A stretch of 64,000 nucleotides of DNA from Eledone cirrhosa (Eukaryota). The DNA is taken from NCBI GenBank assembly GCA_964016885.1, contig OZ024740.1, forward strand, positions 78,616,001 to 78,680,000, written 5' to 3'. Under the pieces are notes generated by a model, which ran no database searches, had not been told where the DNA came from, and saw nothing but the letters and a program-made list of their open reading frames with translations. Position 1 is the stretch's first letter; the number at the start of each line of letters is the position of its first letter. Below, piece after piece: positions 54,474 through 64,000 of the stretch. Both the position numbers and the translations under genes were made by a program.

Positions 54474-57400
54474 CACACACACACATATATATGGGTTGGA
54501 TGTGTCATCATGGTCTGGGCTGATTCTTATTGGGTATCTTTCAACCTGTAAGTGGAGTGGAGGACAATGCCTCACTCTTATATTATATTTTTGGCATGGT
54601 TTCTACAGCTAGATGCTGTTCCTAACAGCAACCACTTTTCAGAGTAACTGGGTACATTTTATCATGGTATCAATACTAGTGAGGTTGTCAAGTCCTCAAC
54701 GTGACTAGAGCCCTTTCTACCTTATGTTGTCTTTTTTCAGTTGTCAACCACTTTTCTGGGTGTACTGGGTGCTTTTTACCATGACACCAGACCTAGAGAG
54801 GTTCTGTCCTCAGTAGGGTTAAAGGATCATATCAAGCCTATATTATCTTTATTGGAATATATAAGAAACATTTGAATGTTACACGTTCTATTGAAGTCTA
54901 CTAGTGCACAAATTTTGTGATTTGATACACATATTGTGTAAAATTATACCTTTATCTCATTGACTGACAATGAATGCTCTACTGAATAGATTACGTGTGT
55001 TTGTAAGCAAGTAATATATGTTGACATGTTAGTACAGCTTAATGTTAAATCCCAAGTAGCAATAAAAGCAAGTTCAATTTCGTATTTAGCAACTTATCTT
55101 TTCCATCGCTATTTTGAATAAGCTAGCCTGTGAGTGGAAGTATCATAAAAAAACAAAATACTGTGGAATCTGTTATTTCAATGTATGTTGGCAGCTATTC
55201 TATCTATGTACTTATTTTTCATTAATTGTAAACAATCCATGTAGTTTCCTTGTAACATTTCTTAACATTTTTCTTTTTCTTCTTCCTTTCCTTGAAATGC
55301 TATTATGTTACTTAATACCGTATATTGCAAAGACAATGAAAAGCAAAGGATTTATTATTTTATTTTTGTGCGAACAATCTGGAGAACCTGGAAGGTTGAA
55401 GAACTTATATTTGTTAGTATCCTAAAGTGTTATAGATCTCTAAGTTGGTGTTATGTAATAATAGTAGTTTATAATTTTGGCATAAGGCCAGCAGTATTTT
55501 GGGGAGAGGGCAAGTTGATTATATCGATCCCAGTACTTGACTGGTACTTTAATTTATTGACCATGGTAATAATGATTTTCATTTTAGGCTCTAGGCTAGT
55601 AATTTTGGGTCAAGGCAAAGTTGATTTAGTCGACCCCAGTCAAGTATTTCACTGGTACTCTATTTTATCGACCATGAAAGGCAAAGCTGACTTTGGTGAG
55701 ATTTGAGCCCAGAAGATAATGAGCCAGAACAAACACTGTTAAGCATTTCTCCAATGCTCTAACAACTCTGCCAATCCACTGCCTTCAACCATGGTTTTTA
55801 ATTTATGCACAAAGCCCACAATTTCAAGGGAGGAGCAAGTTGATTGCATTGATCTCCATTATTGGACTGGTACTTTATTTTATCAACTCTGGAAGAATGG
55901 AAGGTACGGTTGACCTTGGTCTCACTTTAATTTAGAACAAAGAGTTGGAATAAATCCTGTAAAACATTTTGTCCAACTTGCTAACAATTCTGACATAATA
56001 ATAATAATAATAATTATGATTTTCGTGTCTGTTTTGTTATGCTGGCATAAGTAAATTGGTTGTCAGTTCTTATTTGGAGTTACTGCCCTTCTTACTGAGC
56101 AATCTGAAATAGGATTGCAGAGTCTGCCTTGTAATACCATTTTTGGCCTAGTTTTTATGGCTGGATGCACTTCCTGTCACCAGTGTGTATTGGCTGTATT
56201 TTGCCATGCCTCTGACACTAGAGAGGTTGTCTCATGCAAGGGATTGGATGCCCTAACATGAATATGGTACATACTTATATCTATCTACCTGCCTTTATGT
56301 CTGTCTCTCTGTCTATACACATATGATGTGTATGTAATATATTTATTAATTTTATATTGTATTTTGTGAAGAAAGTTGTTGGTTGCAGGTTTCTAACTGG
56401 TTCATTGTATTTACAATGGCAAGAGTCTCTGGATTCTTTGTAACTTGGGTAGCACAAATATCACAAGGGACTTTTATTCAAAAGCACCAGTCTGTTGGTT
56501 TTCTGACTGATATTTATTTACATCACCAATACACTATGTGCTTCTGCACAATTTTTATTTACACAGTATTGGTTAATGAAGCTATTGTAGAAGACACTTG
56601 CTAAAGTGCCACACAGTGGGATTGAACCGTAAACAATGTGATTACAAAAGGAAACTCTTAACCCCACAACTATGTCTGTACTCTGTTCAGCCCCATGTCA
56701 GTCCTGATCAAGTAGACTCGTGATCATGGGCTTTCTAACCTTGATTATCCCATCTTTGTGTAAAGCAATGTAACCTTCCTTCTTTTTTTTTATTTTTGTT
56801 ATTTAGATGACAGTGGGATTTATCTGCTATTTCTAGCAGATTAAGTGATCATGATATGGCTCCTCTTGGCTCATATATCATTCAGTAAAAATGAAAGTAA
56901 TAGGTCAATTAATGTCTTACTGAGAGGTAAATACAGTGTTTCATTGTTAGAGATAAGGTTCAGTATATTAGTTTCTGATAAGTTTTGATTTCAAACTTCC
57001 CATTTGGAAATAAATATTCTCTCTGGCAACATTATATATCTTTACTTTAATGTTACCTGTCTTTCTCCCCTTCTCTTGTTTCTTAGTCAAGGCTCTTTTC
57101 TTCACCTCTATTATAGATGATGATGATGATCCATTTTCTGATAGTTTCAACTTTGAGCATTCAATTGTTTGAATAACTGAATGGCCAACTCATAAATTTA
57201 ATGTTTAAGTAGCTGAATATTCCATAGATTCACATACTTTTAATGTAATTTCAGGCAGAATCAGTGAGACACTACGTGACAAAACTGGACCTCTCAGTTA
57301 AAGGTATAATCCATCTGATGTACTTTCACTCAGTTTCTATCTATCCAGTTTTTCTCACAAGGCTTATGTTGACATTGAGGAGGCAGGCATTGTTGAGTTA

Positions 57401-58147
57401 TTAAGACATTTGCTTTGTAATCATGAGATCCCTGGTTCAATTCCACTATTTAAGCATGTCTTCTATGTACTGTAGTATCATAGATATACATTCTTGAATC
57501 TCTTACTTTACTGCACCACAGACCACCACCACTTCACAATATATATGTGGTCATGTAGGTGTCATGGCAAAAAGCACCCAGCCCACACTGTAAAGTAGTT
57601 GTGTAGGAGTCATGGCAAAAAGCACCCAGCACACTGTAAATGTGGTTGGCATTAGGAAGGGCATCCAGCTGTAGAAACCTAGTCAGAAACAGTCATATGA
57701 GTAAGATATAGTCACCTGACCCAACTTACCTCAAATGGGACGACCTGTCTAAACCATGCTTGTATGGAAAGTGCACATTAAACGATGATAATGATGATAT
57801 ATATATATTATAAAGAGTCAAGACGCTTTGTGTGGTACTGATTGAAGAGGCTCCACTACTGTAGTAGGAGCTATATAAATCAGGATGGAATCAGTTTGAA
57901 ACTAGTTAGATCATTATTCAACAGAGTACTCAATACTTGAAGTAGTATAAAAAAATCGGGAGGTTATATCCGTAGTTAGTAGAGCACTCAGTCTAAAGGA
58001 TGAGTTCAGTATAGAGTTAGTTCACTGCAAATTAGCAAACCATACTCGAAGACATGTTTCACTGGACGGATTTTCAACATGTGTATGGCTGCAGTGAGAA
58101 TGGAAGTATATATGAACTGACTGGATTCTGTGCAGCAGATGTGTGTG

Positions 58148-59272
<1,125 letters not shown>

Positions 59273-59324
59273 ATAGATATATGTATGTATCTATCCATGA
59301 TAGACCTGCTGAATGACTGTGTGT

Positions 59325-59620
59325 GTCATCATCATCATTTAACGTCCATCTTCCACGCTAGCATGGGCTGGATGGTTTTGTCCCACTTGAGGCAAGATTG
59401 GTTGGCAGACCATATCTTGCTCATACAGAACTTTCTGGCAGGTTTTCTATGGCTGGATGCCCTTCCTAACACCAACCACAGTTACAGTGTGTACTGGGAG
59501 CCTTTTTACAGTGTGGACTAGGTGTTTTTTGTCGTGTCACCTACACGACCACTTTACAGTGGACGGAAGTAGGGGTGTGTGGGGTGGGGTGTATATTGGG
59601 TTAAGAGGTGCCTACATACA
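59325..59620 (-). mobile_element. RTE-A-like 3' UTR fragment
   Basis: (ATC)n tail, aacgtccatcttccacgctagcatggg, ggatgcccttcctaacaccaacc. Confidence 0.75.
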
Positions 59621-61849
59621 TAGATGCACACACGTGTTTGTGTGTATATATATATGTGTGTGTGTGTATATATATGTGTGTTTGTATATATATAAATTTG
59701 TGAGTGAATAATAATTGTTTCTACTTTTTGGCACAAGGCCAGCAATTACCCAGTGCATTAATGGTACTTTATTTTATCGACCTCTTAAGGATGAAAGGCA
59801 AAGTTAACCTCGGCGGGATTTGAACTCAGAATGGCAAGGGCCATAACTCTATGCGTCAAAGCATGGCGTCCAACCCTCTACCGATACTGCCAATCCACCG
59901 CTAAATATTATTCGTGAGTGAATAATAATAATAGTATGATATTAATATTCTGTTCGTTTGCAAGCAAAGTGCCTCAGAATACCATGTGTGTTTTCTAGGT
60001 GACTGACTTCATCCATTTTTCCAGCGGTAGCAGAGAGAAAATAGTCAACAATTGTTTTGGACTTATTGCCCCTTATCAAGACTATATATTCTCTCGTCAT
60101 TGCTCCCCCACTGGAACTGCTGAGTGTACATAATATTCTCAAAGATATACATCGGCTGATTAGCCTAATTTTCATACCATGTAATTTTATGACTGGTTTT
60201 GCCGAAAATTAAAAATAAAATCTGTTTTTGCTCTAACATGGTGGATACCTAAATGTATTTGTGAGTGAACACTAATAATATTATAATAATTGTTTCTTCT
60301 TTTGGCACAAGGCCAGTAATTAACCAGTACATTACTGGTACTTTATTTTATCGATCTCGTAAGGATGAAAGGCAAAGTTAACCTCGGCGGAATTTAAACT
60401 CAGAATGGCAAGGGCCGTAACTCTATTCGTCAAAGCATGGCGTCCAACCCTAGTGGCAATTTGGTGACCTGTACGAAAAGGAAGCGGTCGGTCAAGTCCC
60501 GGTATTTGTTTATCTTCCTCATCTGTATTGTCCGGGTTTTCACTCGAAAGGACTGGGGGCTAGAAAGAGCCACAATACGTCGCGTCTCAGAGGGTTGGGG
60601 TTTGGACTAATAATATTATAATAATGTTAATAATATTTGGTTTGTTGGCAAGCAAACAGGCTCATATCACCATGTGTGTTTTCTAGATGACTGATGTATC
60701 CTTTTGTTCCAGTGGCAGCAGAGAGAAAATAGTCAACAATTGTTACGGAAACATAACGGTGTCATCCAGTTCCACACTGTAAATGTGGGTGCGGCTCCCA
60801 AACTATGGCTCTGTTGTGAGCAGGGTACAGTGTGGCCAACTGGCCTGTCCCTCCTCATAATGGTGCCTTCCAATTCCATACTGTAAATGAGGTTGGTGTT
60901 AGGAAGGGCCTTTAGCTGTAAAAAATACCAGCCAAATTTTATTTCCAAGGTACGGCATGACCTATCTGGCCAGACTTGTCTCATGTCATGGATGACCCAT
61001 CTAATTCATGCAAGCATGGAAAAAAATGGACATTAACAGTGATGATGATGATTTCAACTCAGCTTACATCATTCCTTTTAATCACATCTATAGTACCTGT
61101 CTTTTTACTTGTTTTTCTTAACCACTCTTTCTTTCCATTAATATATCAAATTTTATTCACAGCTCTTTCCACTTTTACTTATTCTTTAATTCTTTTACTT
61201 GTTTTAGTCATTTGATAGTAACATCACCTGTATATCTGTTTAGTTACATACACATACAGCTAAACAAGTTATCTTTTAACACCAGTTCAGCAAGTTATAA
61301 AGTCTTCCTTTTCATTTAAAATTATCATCACCATTGTTTTTATGTTCACTTTTCCATGCTGACATAGGTTGAATAATCTTTTTTTTTTAGGCTGTATCCT
61401 ACACAATGAGTGCCTCTTTGAACACTAACCCTTACTTGTTTTTAAGTAAGACACTTATAAAGGGCATCAAACTACAGTTAATAATCTATAGAACCCTCCC
61501 ATCACATAAGTAGTGTAATTCCTGATATAGTAATATCAACTTAAATGTTTTGTTATAAAAAGGAAAACAAAAGAAAGAAAATAATACCAGTGTGAATGTG
61601 ATTTAGGGTGACAAAGTTTGGAATCAGTAACAATGTAAGATAATATATGCAGGTCATTATCAAATAACTTTTGTGTTTAAACAAAAGGTCATACAGGCTT
61701 TCAGTTCATCATATTTTCTACAAGTGAGAACATTTTCATATGTAAATGCATGTCTGCATATATACATATACATCTCTCTCTCTCTCTCTCTAAATCATTT
61801 TATGAAGCATTGAGGAAATCTGAAGACAGAAAAATGTGAACAAGGCCAC

Positions 61850-62510
61850 CTGCAGGAATAGAACTAACACATCATTTTAAATCCTTATCTATCAGCAAGC
61901 ATATGTAAACAAAGAAACAATAATATTATAAGTGTGTTGAGCAACTTTGCATTTTAAAAGCAGGAGAGCCAGAGGTAGACCCACAGCGAGATGGTTGGAC
62001 AACATCTATAAACTCAGTTGGTCTTGCTTGGGGATCGAACTGGATTAATTGGAGATGGTTGCTTCTGACAGGACCCGCTTGTAGGAGTGTTTGTAGACTC
62101 TACCACTCGACCCTCTCTGGAATAAGTAGGTGCTGAAGAGAAGTTAACTTATTGTAAACTGCTACAACTCGGGTTTAACTACAAAATAGTTAAACAAGTT
62201 GGGCATGTAAACTCCTAAAGATGGAAAGAAGGGTCCAGAGTCACCTGTAGGATTTAAACTTGCATCTACCATATGCTGGATGGTTGCATTCATTTTTTCC
62301 ATTTTCTGAGGTTTATATGTCCAAATTGTTTGACTATTTTATAGTTAAACCTGCATTGTAGCAACTTACAATAAGCTAACATACTTTCAAAATTCAAATT
62401 TGCTCAATGCTCTGTTAAACAATTGTTTCTTTGTTTACATTTTATGGCTGATAGATAAGGCTTTAATATGATGGGTAAATGGTTAGTTTTGCTTTGCATC
62501 TAACAGCAGA
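61850..62510. mobile_element. Degenerate foldback/MITE element with an insertion in the left arm
   Basis: 61880-61960 pairs with 62385-62465, and 62145-62200 pairs with 62327-62380. Confidence 0.5.
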
Positions 62511-62741
62511 TGGGAGTTTGATTCCAGTAAGCAACCCTGTCTACTTTTTTCTGCCCCCAGGGCTTTATATGCCTAACTTATTCAATATTTTATAGTTAAA
62601 ATTTATATTGTAGTAACATTCTTGCAAAATTCATATATGTACAGTCTACATGATCCCTGATAGTAACAGCACATTGACCCTTTAATTATCTTGTCAAGTC
62701 AAAATTAAGTGGGGCCCCTCCTTTTATTAGTCTTTGTTTAT

Positions 62742-63540
62742 ATCATCATCATCGTTTAACATACATTTTCCATGCTAACATGGGTTAAATGAGTTCTGCT
62801 GACATGAGAAAAGTCAGATCAGATGACTGCGTCTTGCTTAAATAGAACTGTTTCTGACTTGGTTCCTACAGCTGGATGCCCTTTTTAATACCAACCACAT
62901 TTACAGTGTGGACTGGGCGCTTTTTATCGTGGCACCAAAACAACCAACTGACAGGTTGGACAGTACTTTTTGTCACGTCACCAACATGACCACATTACAG
63001 AGTGGACTGGGTGCTTTTTGTCATGTCACCAGCATGACTGTCTTACAGGATGGACTGGGTGTTCTTTTGTCATGTTACCAGCATGAGCAGCTTATATGGT
63101 AGACTAAGGGCTTTTGTTGTGTCACCAGCATGACCATCTTACATGCTTGTGTGCATGGGTTGGACAAGAGAGGTATAGAAAGTGGTGGTAGGGCGGTTAT
63201 GATGTGTGTAAGGGGATTGGAGAAGTAGATCTGTGGTGGGATACCTAGCTGTTGAAGGGTGGAGTGTTAAGACATGGGATGTATATGAGTGGGGGAGGGA
63301 GAGAGGAGATGATTTGGTGTAAATTATTGTTCTCTAGATGTTTGCTTCATCCTGTGCATATAGGAAGGTGGGTCTTCTCAGTACTACATAATGCCAGAGA
63401 TCTTGATCCTGTAATATTGCCTTCGAGAGGTTTAAATGTGCAAGGCCAGCTTTTATTACTTCATCCCAAGCTTTCCTAGGTCTTTCTCAGTTTATTTACG
63501 CTTCACCGTTAATGTATATTATTATTACACATCCGTTGGA
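62742..63540 (-). mobile_element. Old RTE 3' fragment with ~46-bp tandem units in the 3' UTR
   Basis: (ATC)n tail at 62742. About 5 copies of tggactgggtgctttttgtcatgtcacc at 62900-63140. Confidence 0.65.
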
Positions 63541-63584
63541 GCATGCAAGCTTCATTTATATTTAGTCTTTTATATATATATATA

Positions 63585-63620
63585 CTAGCTGAGGTACCCG
63601 GTAATACCCGGGAGCGGGTG
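63585..63620 (-). mobile_element. Helitron-like 3' terminus
   Basis: A-CTAG followed by the hairpin cccggtaatacccggg. Similar to 13105-13132. Confidence 0.5.
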
Positions 63621-64000
63621 TATTCCCAGTTCCCATTAAAATGCCCAATGCCTCTCAGATCAAAAATGAAATCAAAATATAGGACAGATAAATCTAAGCT
63701 TGGGTAGAATTTGAATTCAGAACATAAAAAGAATTAACAAAATACAAGTCAGTTTATCCAATGCTGTACTCATTCTACCACCTACCACCTTATCAATGCA
63801 AATAAATTGTGAGTTATTTATTGCACTAAATAGTAAAAACTAAAGACAAAATAATAAAGTTTGGCTATATTTGAAGATGAGTAGAAATTGATTTAATTCT
63901 GTTGCATTTTTCTCCGGTGCTCTACTGATTCTACCTTATAAATGTAAATAATCTTGAGTTATTCTTTGTAGCACTAAATAGTAAAAACAGATAGCAAAGA

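Overview
AT-rich, repeat-saturated eukaryotic DNA, most likely from a cephalopod (Octopus-like). The organism is inferred from the (TA)n microsatellites, RTE LINEs with (GAT)n tails and tRNA-derived SINEs. Almost all long ORFs in the track are microsatellite artefacts. The real coding content is transposon-derived: a near-intact CR1-type LINE (4.2-8.5 kb), a full-length RTE LINE with an intact 1056-aa ORF plus many truncated RTE copies, a 5'-deleted Gypsy LTR element (49.3-52.6 kb) and an L1/Tx1 3' fragment. One candidate host exon lies at 9908-10046. The most striking signal is non-coding: a set of type I hammerhead ribozymes. (i) A 310-bp tandem array at 23971-25918 carries 7 hammerheads in head-to-head arms, resembling a non-LTR retrozyme or Penelope-like pseudo-LTR. 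(ii) A 361-bp inverted repeat pair carries a hammerhead with an unusually long helix II. (iii) A single monomer-competent hammerhead sits at 36662. (iv) There are several relics. The three main hammerhead loci lie in a ~34.5-kb nest of retroelements and (TA)n arrays that appears to have grown inside one old SINE. Everything was read by eye: no database searches or folding programs were run.
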